Shown: positions 51,646-64,000 of the stretch, piece after piece
Layout of the letters: the number at the start of each line of letters is the position of its first letter
Numbering within the stretch: position 1 is the first letter of the stretch
DNA from: Ylistrum balloti
Taxonomy: Eukaryota
Direction of reading: 5' to 3'
Assembly (NCBI RefSeq): GCF_031769215.1
Contig: NW_026782137.1
Span: 744,001-808,000, forward strand
Length of the DNA: 64,000 bases
Translations under genes and position numbers: made by a program
The notes under the pieces: model-generated
The model's input: the letters and a program-made list of their open reading frames with translations, nothing else
Told to the model about the DNA's origin: nothing
The model's database searches: none

Positions 51646-54600
51646 TCAGCTTTTCTTTGGAGGTTTCTGTAATGATTGAGCCTGAAATCAAACGATCATA
51701 GCAAGTGTTCATAAAAAAGAACATCCAAAAATTCTAAATCAAATCTGACCTGAAAACATTAAGCTGAAGTAAATATGTATGGACTAATTCTATTTTCAGT
51801 GAAAATGGGAAAAATTCTATATACTTAAAAGTATGAAAAAGTATTCCTTTAAACTTTGCAATTAGAAAATTTGTCTTGAGAAAGGAGACAGTTTGTGCTC
51901 TTTGGTTTAATATCACCATTTAGATTAAGAACTATCAAGCAGTTTCCTCAAGCTTTCAGAATTTAAATATATCAAATTAATATTTCCAAAATCTAAAAAC
52001 CTGTACTAAACATCATTCTGGTTACTTTCATATCAATTTTGTTTGAAGAACAGAGGTAATTCAGAATGATGATTTTAAATCTGTCATCCTCATATAAAAT
52101 CAGTTTTCATTCAGAGTGTTTCTATAAGGTCCACAGTAATATGTTGTCTGTGTATGTACCTCTGACATGCCACGCTGACTCATCATCATGGTGACCCTGG
52201 AGTTGTAGAGGTCAAACACAAACTGTGCCATGTGAGACATGTCTTCCATCACCATTACATTGCCCTCTGGTGGCTCTGTGATCTAAAAACAAAAATAAAA
52301 ACATTCAATTTATTATAACAGTTATGTTTCAAATAATACTGCTATTTCTTTTTATTTGTGCGTAACTTAAGATAAGTTTTGATAAATTGCAGTGGGTATT
52401 TTTAATTTTTCATATTAACTTGAATTGTGCCATAATCATTCAATCCTATACATAAGTCCCAGTTAAAAAATCTTGAACTATAACACAAGTGCAATAATTC
52501 AAATATTTTCCTTTTTTATACATGACTTTCAAATCAATATTATATAAAGAGATTTTTTTATTCAAGAATACAACCAGATACCGATAATAAAAGGGTTTAT
52601 CCCAATTTTATCTTTAACACATTTCCTAGTTAAACAAAAAGAATATGTCACTAACGTTACGCTGGGTGGGATACATCTCTTGAGGAACGATCTGTAACTT
52701 CTGAGGACGTGACATTAGCTGAAAGTTAAAACAATCAAAAATTAGTAAACAGCAACAAGAAAGTGCTTACTGGATAATCCATGATCAAATAAAATCCCTT
52801 CACTAATTTGAAGTATGGACGGACTGAAAAGAATTTGGCTGAATGAATCTATTAATGTCATGTTTCCCCAAAATGCATGAAGCCTTATATTCTTTGCCTA
52901 GATTTCAATACCTCTGATAGATTTTGGACTAGGACCATTATATAACAAATATTTGTTTAATTACATCTATTATCCTTACATTAATATTTTTTCATGGGGC
53001 TAAATTTTCTTGCCTTTTTAAACAAACATTATTTTGTGGGCACCTGATTTAATGGATAAACATAGCTCCATCAATCTTATTCTAACTTTAACAGATCATG
53101 GAAACATGAATTGGTGGATTAAGAACACCCACAAAATAAATGAAAATATTACAATATTGATACAATGTCTTTCTAAAACATGTTTTCCTCCAAAGTAAAT
53201 TTTGGTACAGGAGTGGATATATTTTACCTTATTGAAGGCTGGAGTCAATTCAAAACAGTTACTGAATAGACTGACTCGGCCGAACACATACAGGCCCAAC
53301 CTAGCTCGAGACATAGCCACCACCAGACGTCTCACATCTCTGAAGCAAACAAAGGATACATATACACATGTATTTCATCACTCACAAATAATCCTTAATC
53401 TCAGGAAAAATATTAGAATATTACCTCCAATTTCAAAATTTAAAAAACAGGTGCAAAGGCAAATCGATTCTTCATTTAATATAAAACAAATCAAATAATA
53501 TATTACTTTTTATCTATGCTTGAATCTGCACTGGGTATATTCTATTTTTAAACAAGGAACTGACTTAGTCTTCTTACAGACATTTACCACTACACATTTA
53601 AAACCAAAGCCTTGAACAGCTCAATATATTCAGGATAAGCAACAGTTTTTAAAGGCATGAATCAAACTGAATTTTGCATAAAAAAAATATAAGTTTAGAG
53701 GTATAGGAATCTGAGCAGTCCTGAATACAGAGATTAAGACGGTTGTCCAGCGTTTGTCCTATGGATTGTGGCGATGAATTATTGCTATAGACTTATTAAT
53801 GAAAGAGTGCTTGCAGACTGACCGTAAGTGACCAACAGTCTTGGTCCTGACCAGTGACAGGATAATGTAATCATTTTGCTGGCCCTGGTATCTGTCCACA
53901 GTGGTCACCTGTAAAGGGAGATAAACAAACATAACTTAGGAACAGTTCTACTGTTTTCACAAAACATCAAATGCATATCCCTACTAAAAAAGTTATTTTT
54001 CAGTAAAATATTTGGCACAAGATTTATCAACAATCAACTACACCAGGTAGTATTCTCCAAAATAATTGACTCTCAAAATAAACAAACATATTCCGACAGG
54101 TGACAAAAAACATTTTTGGGTAAAAAAACAACTTAAATTTGGTTTTCATCAACAGAATTTGCAATTGACATGCCAGGGTAACTTGCCTTGTGTGGCTGTC
54201 CAATAAAGGGATTCTTTCCGCACCGCTGGTAGATAACATCACGTATCAAATGTTTCTGTCCATTGTACGTAGTAAGGATGGCAATCTTATCAGCGGGATA
54301 GCCCTGCATCCTCATGTACATAAATAGTGCCACAGCATACTCTGCCTCAGCCAGATTCTGTTGGGCATCAAGATATTTTACATTGAAAATGAATGAAGTG
54401 TAAAGTTATATGTCTGTAAATTGCAGTACAGTAATTCTAATTCAGTAAACTTTTTCAAAATAGAAATAAATGGAAACTCAAATTCACATGTTATAAGAAT
54501 GAACTCCTTTATGAAGTTACAAATTCATGCTACAGATGTTGAGACAATTTTTTTATGTTTCCGACTTAGATGGAAAACGAACAAAAAGTCAAACCAAAAA

Positions 54601-57600
54601 TTCAATAAAGTAGATATTACCTCAAGGGAAAGTTTAGTTCAAAACACACAAAAATCAAAGTTAGACATGAAAAAAGAACCTGTGTAAAAATTCATCCTAT
54701 TCTCGACCGAGAAACTGACCTAAATACAAGGTCTAGTCAAAGTGATAACTGACCAATAGATATAGAACTATTGTGTTGGCATCATATCAAGTAATGTGTG
54801 ACAGGAAGTATCATATCAAGCTATATATGTAAAGAAACTCTGAGATGTTTAGGAACTGACCTGAAAGAAGTATGGGTTGGGTTGTGTCTCCCCTACACCA
54901 TTGAAGTCCTGGACGTCAATGAGCTGGAAGTCATGTACAAATCCTGCATTTGCTAGTCGGTATTCTGGGTTCACCAAGACATGTGGTAGGTTCCCTAGTT
55001 TACGGTACCTCCAGTTATACAGACTTGAAATGCTGTAAATAAAACCATCATGTTTGACAATTACATCCAGCTTAAAATTACCAGTAGGTAGACATCTTCA
55101 CTTTCCAGTGGTAACAAGTCATTATTGCGACAATTTAATGAGTAAGGTTGATAACAATCACTTTTTTCTGTGTTCTAAGGTTTTAATTTTTTTAGAATTC
55201 TGCTATTCATTGCCCATCAGGCAAATACTTGTCAGAGGATAATATATAAGTTCAATGTCACCTTCATCAGACAAATGACCAGTGTGAAGCATAATAGCAC
55301 TGATATAACAAGATGTTGAGACCTATTCCATACCATCTTGTACACTACATGCATCTTGCTCCAACACATCATGCTGGTCATTTGTCTGATGAAGGTGACA
55401 GTGTAGTCATCAAAATCTCACATTTAAATCTTCTGCTAGTTGTGTTATAAGAACATCTATTCAACTGATATTATCAACATGAAGAAATGTTTCGAAATAA
55501 CTGAGTAGAGCAAATTTTAACACATGCACTGCAGTGGATTTACCAAAATAATAAAATTATTTTTCAACTGACCTTGACCTAGCTCTACCCTGAGCATCAA
55601 GGTCGACTGTGGGCACCCCCAGTCTGACAAGGCGTGTGAAGAGTGATTGCTCCATGTTTGAGAATTTCTGGAAGGCCATGTTTTTGATGACTGGTGGCAG
55701 CTGATGATGATCTCCAATCATGATCCAGCGCTTCAGACGGTTAATGTTGTCCTCTGGGTTCTACCAAGATATAAGATATTCTAGTAAGGTTTACTTTTAA
55801 ACACACTGATTTTATAAAAGTTTGTTACTTCTAAGACTGGTTTATAGTATTATCATCATACAGATGTGTAAAATCAGGTAGTGTTAAACTTGCTTTTTTA
55901 AAACTAAAATCTGTTCTTTTAATGGCTATGAATAAATTGGTTGAAAAGGTTGGTCTCATTTTGAAAATAAAGAAGAAATACTTCAATTGATACAAAACAA
56001 ATATATTGTATATTTAATATCTAATTGGACCAATCATATCAACTTACCACAGTAGTAAGATCATTACGAATAGGGTGAGGAATGCAATGAATGTTGTATG
56101 GTCAGTGTAGACAAGCTTACCTGTAGCAGGAAGGCAATGAATGTTGTATGGTCAGTATAGACAAGCTTACCTGTAGCAGGAGGGCAATGAATGTTGTATG
56201 ATCAGTATAGACAAGCTTACCTGTAGCAGGAAGGCAATGAATGTTGTATGATCAGTATAGACAAGCTTACCTGTAGCAGGAAGGCAATGAATGTTGTATG
56301 ATCAGTATAGACAAGCTTACCTGTAGCAGGAAGGCAATGAATGTTGTATGATCAGTATAGACAAACTTACCTGTAGTAGGAGGGGAATAAATGTTTCAAT
56401 CTCAAGAATCTGGGCTGACTCCTCCATCAAAATATTGTCAAACTGAAACAAAATATATTCTTTAGTTCAAAATATTTTACTTACTGAAAGGAAAAAATTG
56501 TGTGTCTTATCAAATATTCTGCAAAAGTTTTAGAGCAATACTGAGACATATGTTAAGTATGCCAAAGATAAATTAAAGCTCTATAAGGCAGCTCAATGTG
56601 TAGGAATATGTGTTCTATCAAGAGAGAGAAAGTATAATGTGTTAAATACCAGTCACTATGATAATACCTGAACCTGATGAGGTTTTATCCAAAACTGCAG
56701 TAGGTATAAAAATTTTCTGCATCACAAAAAGTTAATAATACTAATTTGTAAAAGCTACCTTGAAACCAGCTGCTACAAGATCACGACGTTTAAGTGCAGC
56801 ATGTGTACAGGTCATGGCGATGATTTTGGCTTCCTTAATTAACAAGTAATTTGCCCTGTCAGCACCACTGCGTAGTAACTCAAATGCTCGGAACTCCTTT
56901 AAACAACAAAGATTAAGATAGTCTATTTAAATACTGATACATATCTGAGATCAATTATATATCTCCGTCACATTCTGCAACATAATCTCATTCATGGGAA
57001 TTGCTAAAAAAGAGATGTAACAAAAAATCAGAAGAGCTTATCTGGATAATCATTGCTCAACATACAGATTTTTTTTGTTCAGAACCCAACAACTAAACCT
57101 TTTTCTGTATATGTTTCTACCTTTGGAAGCACAGCAGTGCCTTGATGTTTTTAGTGACATATGTAAAGGTAATTGAATGATATGGAACAGCAGAGTTTGG
57201 TAAATGGTTGATGATTGAAGGCACAAAATACAGATATGTATCTATGCTCAATATAAAATGCTAAGAAGCCTATCTGTTACAATATACCTCAATCTGTGTG
57301 AAGATCTTCTTTATATGCCTGAAACAGCCTTCTGCTATGTCTAAATCTTGTTCATAGAAGCGCCCCTTGAAAAGTGGTTGTGGGGCGTTGCTGAAGAATA
57401 CCGTAAACGGGAACAAATCTTTGATGTTTTCTGGCTCCTTATCCTGTCAAATATAATAACAATATCAATTCTTTTTCCGTAAAATCTTAGTTATGTTTGG
57501 TTAGCAAACATTAAGACCTATTATTATATATTATATGGAAAACATATCAAATTCAGAGTTGACCGTTGTCAAATAATATGTATCTTTTTTTAAAGTAATC

Positions 57601-60600
57601 ATCTCTACTTATTTTGATTTTTAAGCATATTCCATTTAAGACATGTAACTATCCTGGTTCTTACCTTAATTTGACGAAGCTTGCTGAGAAATTCCTCCCA
57701 CCTTGCTAAAACCTGAAACATAAGAACATCTCAATAGTCATCCGATTCTGTTTAGTTCTTTTTCAGATTACATCTCTCCTAGAGAACCAACTAACATCAC
57801 TGACTTGTATACAGATGTTTACTTACCTGGTAAAGGAAGAAATAGGAAGCTGTTTCACATGTGTAGGAAAGGTCACCAGGTACGCCCAGACTGTCCTGTA
57901 ACCGCCCTACTTCCTGCAGCAGCTCTAGGCGTTGTGCTAACACATAGTTCACTCGGCCATACCTTACGAAATATATAACATATACAATACAGAGGATGGT
58001 TAAGTTTTGGTAACTTTTTCATAAGCATTTAGCAATAATTGTCATTTTAAAGGGGAAATAAAACATAATACAAAGATTTGTGTACATTATTTTACATAAC
58101 ACTAGGTTTGAACTTTTCTCAATGATATCCATCAAGATATTATCAACAATATTTTATTTCCGACATTAACACATCACAAGTACAATTACAAATATGATAC
58201 TTAATAGAATCCATCTGCATATGAATATACTTGTCAAAAAATGGTATTTGTTTTTTTATACCTGCCCAAGTTTGTATATAGTGCTTGTATTTCAAAGTTA
58301 CGATATAAAAGTTTGCCAATTTTTCAAAGTTTTAGTAAAATTTTAGCATCAAATCTAATTTTTGATCAATGATAAGAAAGCTTCCTGATAAACTGTAATG
58401 TACAAGATTTAAATAAAGATGTGCTCTTTATTAGCACAGATAATGAAAAAGGTGCAAATAAATCTTAATTTTTGTTAATTAATCGACCTACACACCGACT
58501 GAAATCTTTCTCAGTTTCTAAGGCCTCCTCTCCATGACCAAGACGTAACAGATGGCGTTCATCTATATCAAGGGCCATGATTTTCTCAAACAGCTGGTTC
58601 AAAGCCTAAAGGTCAACAGAAGTCATAACATTAATATTTCACTCCAATATCTCAGGGTGACATCTGTGTTGACTTTTACACACAATGCAAATGTAATTGG
58701 AACTCAAGATTTCTGTTGATAAAAAGCATAAATAGCATGGGACTTGTACTGTTGAATTACATGGATTCCATGTTTGCAATGGAACCAAATAGCTTATACA
58801 CCAAACTGTCAAAGAATGTACAGACAAATATTTCAATAATCAACATAGTAGTATATTAAACTCTCATATTCTACTTTGCCTTTGCCAATTTAACTGAATT
58901 CACTGGTTGGTTATCAATCTGGATTAGAGAGAGAGAGTTCTGACAAAGAAAAATGCGCAAAACTGCAAAACTTTGAAGAATTTCAAAGGTTTCAAGTGCA
59001 GGACTTTTACACTTTACTAAATCTTCTATTCTGTTTCTTTTTGAGAGATAAATTTTTGTTTAAACAGTCTCTTGCAATGTATATTTAACTTTGGTATCAC
59101 ATTTAAATGAGCCTGTATTGTGACATAAAACTGTCTACAAAGTTGTGATGATTCTAAATCTAGAAGTCTACAAAAATTGTTGTCAAACCTTACCTGATTG
59201 GAATGAGTGACAATGATTGTACGCTGGTCGGGGAAGTTGTGATAGAGACAGGAGATGATCTGTACAGCAACATCAGTTTTACCAGTCCCAGGGGGTCCTA
59301 CAACCATTGTCAAGCCGGGCTGCATCCCTGCTCGCACAGCCTCAATCTGGGTTGGTGTGAACAAAATTTGGTTCCTGGAGACATAAACATACAATTGTTA
59401 CAAACACCTATTCTACGGTTTTCACATACTGTCTGTAAATCTATTTGTATCTTTAATGCCAAACAAACACCTATCGAACAGTTTTTACATACTGTCTGTA
59501 AATCTATTTGTATCTTTAATGCCAAACAAACACCTATCTAACAGTTTTCACATACTGTCTGTAAATCTATTTGTATCTTTAATGCCAAACAAACACCTAT
59601 CGAACAGTTTTTACATACTGTCTGTAAATCTATTTGTATCTTTAATGCCAAACAAACACCTATCGAACAGTTTTCACATACTGTCTGTAAATCTATTTGT
59701 ATCTTTAATGCCAAACAAACACCTATCTAACAGTTTTCACATACTGTCTGTAAATCTATTTGTATCTTTAATGCCAAACAAACACCTATTCAACAGTTTT
59801 CACATACTGTCTGTAAATCTATTTGTATCTTTAATGCCAAACAAACACCTATCGAACAGTTTTTACATACTGTCTGTAAATCTATTTGTATCTTTAATGC
59901 CAAACAAACACCTATCGAACAGTTTTCACATACTGTCTGTAAATCTATTTGTATCTTTAATGCCAAACAAACACCTATCGAACAGTTTTCACATACTGTC
60001 TGTAAATCTATTTGTATCTTTAATGCCAAACAAACTCCTATCTAACAGTTTTCACATACTGTCTGTAAATCTATTTGTATCTTTAATGCCAAACAAACTC
60101 CTATTCAACAGTTTTCACATACTGTCTGTAAATCTATTTGTATCTTTAATGCCAAACAAACTCCTATCTAACAGTTTTCACATACTGTCTGTAAATCTAT
60201 TTGTATCTTTAATGCCAAACAAACTCCTATCTAACAGTTTTCACATACTGTCTGTAAATCTATTTGTATCATTAATGCCAAACAAACTCCTATTCCACTT
60301 ATATATCTGATGTCTTTAATTCTAATTTTTCATGCCACAATTATTTGAATGACCAGATTCTTGTCTGTCAAGTTACAGGGACAATTTAGTCAAAAATAAA
60401 TTTGACATTAGACAGAAATCGACCAATAAAGGAATTTTCAATTGTTGATTTGCATTATTTTGTTGTTGTTGTCAACCATGGTCAGTTTATTTCATGTTGG
60501 AAATGAATATAATGTTAGTTCAATACAAAATATAGCAACATCTGTGCAAGAAACTAAAAGTCTTGTAAAAATATTTACCACAGGGAAAAAGCAGAATATC

Positions 60601-63600
60601 TTAATATCCACTGTCATAATAAAAAGGATCTCCTATCACTGATAGAGTTTACTTGTGTGTCTTATTTCATTTCAAATTGAATACAACATATAGTATTACT
60701 TTTTAGGTTGATTGTAGGGGTAAGGTCCTCTGTTTGGGATGGTGTGTGGTTCCACTATAATCTTTTTCATCACTTTTGCATCTTCTGTATCAGCTTTCCT
60801 CTTCCCTGTCTCCTCTTCCTGCGGGAACTTTAACCTGCATGAATGATAAATGAAAGATACTCACTGGTTGAAAATGGCCATCAATGAAATTTTCAAAGTA
60901 AAGAAACAACATTTGGTGTGATTGCTTGCATCAATATGAGTCCCAACTATAAGCAATGCTAATCTAGAATGTTTTGATGAATGATATTGACAGTTTGATG
61001 ATGTATAAGGTTATTCCATGTCATTGCACTAAGCAAAATTTAGTCAAAATATGTACAACCTTTCTAGAAAAGAAGACTTTTAAAATTAAAGTTACTTAAG
61101 TTGGAAAATCCACTAATGATACCGTGGTATATTTTGCCAGACCCTTTTGCTAAAAAAGGTTACATGTTTGTATTGATGTGTTGTAAACTGAATTTGTTCC
61201 TTTATTGCAAAACTCACAATTAGCATGATGACCTACATTTACATGTTTTTACTTGATTTTCATTTTTCTTGTTTCATATATTCGAAGAGCAAGCCAATCC
61301 ATATGCTTATAAATAAAAGACCAGTACCAGACAGTGATTAACTGTATAACAGAAGACAGACCAATTCAACAAAGCAATCTAAAATATATCAAGTATTGTT
61401 TTCAATACCAATTAATTTTGCTTACATAAAGTAACTGTCCTTAAAATTTCAATTTGTAAATCAGGAGTAAAAATCGTTTGAAAAGCAATGAAACTTTATA
61501 CCGTACCTAAATGGTGGTACATGTTTGTTGACATCATCTGTGCAGACTCCTACGCTGTGGTCAGGAAAACTGGCCCTCAGGTGGTCTATGTTTAAGAATG
61601 TGTCATTCCAATCAAGGGAGGTAATCTTATTTGGCATTCTGTTGAAATAAAAGGAATGACTCATGACCAATAAGTGTTAATTTTCAAAATAACAAAAAAA
61701 CTGCAATGTTTTAAGTGTCTGAATCTACTACAATTGTTTACCTTTTGTATCAAAAAGACAGATTTTCAATCTTGTTCATTTTTGTCTAATTGCCTACATT
61801 AAGTGACAGAAGGATTACGCACTGTGAATAATGTGCTGCATTCGGTTCACCATAGCCGAGAATAAGGTCGTGAAGCCAGTCTGGAACAACACAGGATGTG
61901 TTCATCAAATCACGCATTGTCTCCAAGACGGCTTTAAAGTTGTTCTCCTTGGGTTTCCTTCGCATTATCACATTAAATGTTTCATACACATCCTGTAACA
62001 GTTAAACCATATTTTAAACATCTTTTACTGATAAAACAACTTACAGGATTGACCAATAGATAAAGCCTATACTAGCTCAATCCTGGAACAAGTATGGCTT
62101 GTTAGTGTCACATATTATAATTGTAATATCACAGAATGAAGAACAAGTTTTGCCTCCTCTCAGAGACTTATCAAGATTTACAATTTTTATATCAACTAAT
62201 GACCAGACACCAAAAACAGGACATTTAAAACTACAAATGATTAAATGGCATTGTTGCTTGGATAAAAACAACCAACAGGTCCAATAGTTTTATTTCAAAA
62301 ACAGATATAAATGAAACTGCAGGAGTGTCAACATTAGACAATCAATGTCTAAGTTTTACCTCATCTCCATCCACAGCACGGGCCATGTCCTGTTGATACT
62401 GATTAGGATCAAGGAAGACTCTGAATGTCCTCATGTCACCTGGTATATCTGGACGAGGCTCTGGTCCTAAAATCAAATACAAAGTAATGACAGACATGTT
62501 ATTTCATGACACTTTTCTACCTCTTACTGTTAAAGTCACTGCTTAGGTGGCTGATGATATACAAGTTTGCTATGGCATTGCTCATAATGTAAAATAAATC
62601 AAAATCTGTCCAACCTTTCTAGAAAAATAGACTTTTAAAAGCAAAGTTGCTTATGTTGGAAAATGGCCAACAATTACAAAGTCAAAGTCATTGCTTAAAG
62701 GGTAAACAAATAAATTTGTATATGAATAGGACAGAAATATCATTAGCATTTCTAAGTTTGAATCTGAAGCCTAATACAAATCAGGCAGAAATTTCTTTTA
62801 TTACTTTTAATATATATATGATTTACACTCGGAAAATATTTACAGTCCTTAATTGATTTTATCATCCATCTTGAATCCTTGTTATAAATCTCAGTGTTTC
62901 TGTGGTTATGACTTGCTTGGTTGATGATATGATTTTTTCTTCAATCATATTGATTCATATTTAATCATTCTTTGGTATTACCTTCTTCAATGACCTTGCC
63001 CTCTGCATCCAGCATGCCCTCAATTTCACAGCCTCTGACATACACAAGTCCAACTTGTGGAATGAAGGGCATTTCATGGTTGTATTTTTGCTGGATAGCT
63101 AGAGTAGGTCGCAGTGTGATAAGGAATGCCACATCATGTTTCCTCAGCCCTGTACATAAACACATAAGTATTCATAAACATGTCAAAAGAAATGGGTTTT
63201 CTTCATCCATTCAACATATAGGATTTCTAACACTGTTTATTCATTTTATAAGGCTTTTAGGGGATATTTTTTCTTGAAGACAAATAGTATATGAAATAGG
63301 TATTTTTGTTTTCACTTGAAATTTCCAAATATTGAAAAGAGAAAGAACTCAAAGAAAAAGTAATACTCTACAGAAATGTTACATTTATTACCAATATCAA
63401 AAGAACATTTTAAATGTTTCTAAACCCTGGTAGAAGTAACCTACCTTCCCACTCGTTCTTAACATGTTCCCTCACACTGAGACTGACGGTGACATCTGCT
63501 CGTACCTGGGCTGGATGATTCTCTCCAATTAGAGGCTTTGCCACCTAAAGATCAAAGACAGTCAAAGACTTGCAATGTAATAAATCTACATTTGAAAGAT

Positions 63601-63936
63601 ATCTAATATTTTTTGTTGGGAATCTTAATGTAAAAGTCTAAATTCTTAGTCTTAGTGCAGTTAAGACCGTTAAGATAAATATATGCAGCAAATGTCGAAT
63701 ACATACATTTGACATTAAAGAAATTTGTGTTATCAATTAAAAATTCAAAACATTGAACTAAAATATAACTGCCTGAATTTCTAAAAGAGTGGGGCCATTA
63801 TATAATTATTCCAACACAGAGTCAGATACTACCACATACCACAAGAGTATAACTTACCTCCACAACATTAAAGCCTGATATTGGCTGTGCCATTCGTGCC
63901 CATCCACCAAACAGACAGCTGCCATCCTCTGCCTTC
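51646..63936 (-). CDS. AQR: RNA helicase Aquarius (intron-binding protein 160), 5'-partial, ~22 exons in window
   Basis: Exons translate to AQR-specific sequence: [11 protein letters not shown] (63858-63936), [15 protein letters not shown]...[62 protein letters not shown] (P-loop, ~59193-59381), [75 protein letters not shown]. The probable last exon 51646-51681 reads [11 protein letters not shown]. Confidence 0.95.
55256..55420. repeat. 27-bp perfect inverted repeat containing a hammerhead-ribozyme-like core
   Basis: 55256-55282 is the exact reverse complement of 55374-55400 (CTGGTCATTTGTCTGATGAAGGTGACA). The right arm continues GTGTAGTCATC-AAAA. Confidence 0.8.
56084..56390 (-). repeat. 50-bp tandem repeat (6 copies) spanning an AQR exon/intron junction
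   Basis: Minus-strand unit GTAAGCTTGTCTATACTGATCATACAACATTCATTGCCTTCCTGCTACAG; CTTAC appears on the plus strand at 56116, 56166, 56216, 56266, 56316 and 56366. Confidence 0.95.
59400..60295. repeat. 63-bp minisatellite, ~14 copies, in AQR intron
   Basis: Unit CAAACACCTATCGAACAGTTTTCACATACTGTCTGTAAATCTATTTGTATCTTTAATGCCAAA; it explains the 21-aa-periodic ORF 59456-60310. Confidence 0.97.
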
Positions 63937-64000
63937 CTGTTAATTTTTACTTATACAGTAACTACATGTCACTTCAACAACGACGACACTAACCGGTAAC

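Noticed and set aside
50410-51724. ORFs downstream of AQR as extra AQR coding exons
   Set aside because: The phase-0 splice into 51681 reaches a stop at 51646; the other frames show no AQR similarity and are likely 3' UTR.
53351-53359. GTATCCTTT on the minus strand as a second U12 donor in AQR
   Set aside because: It lies in the polypyrimidine tract just before a normal AG acceptor (~53341), not at an exon end.
12990-60295. Regular 30-63-bp arrays as possible CRISPR arrays
   Set aside because: The units are head-to-tail with no unique spacers, there are no cas genes, and the context is eukaryotic.
59456-60310. 284-aa ORF with 21-aa periodicity
   Set aside because: It is a by-product of a stop-free 63-bp minisatellite in an AQR intron.
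576-63936. A functional genome-stability cluster (MDC1 + FAM111-like protease + AQR)
   Set aside because: The thematic link is tempting, but adjacency of three genes in an animal genome is weak evidence without conserved synteny or co-expression.

Overview
AT-rich, intron-rich animal genomic DNA. The repeat families suggest a mollusc, probably a bivalve (inference). Four spliced genes can be assembled by hand: (1) the 3' part of an MDC1-like tandem-BRCT gene (+, to 12341) whose last intron is a U12-type AT-AC intron; (2) a complete 8-exon SLC25 mitochondrial carrier (-, 22305-27213); (3) a 14-exon, ~1,449-aa gene (+, 32773-48456) that joins a PH domain, an ARM-like helical region, a Roc GTPase, a COR domain and a C-terminal FAM111-like trypsin-fold serine protease with an intact His-Asp-Ser triad; (4) the 3' part of the spliceosomal helicase Aquarius (AQR; -, 51646 to the window end). 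Gene 3 is the standout: a ROCO protein with a protease where LRRK-type proteins have a kinase, plausibly a GTP/dimerisation-switched innate-immunity protease. Introns and intergenic DNA carry CORE-SINEs, Helentron/HINE-like elements, a MITE, Penelope-like remnants with hammerhead-ribozyme cores and several minisatellites, one of which multiplies an AQR splice donor. All gene models were built by eye from GT-AG/AT-AC signals and codon phase; no database searches were run.
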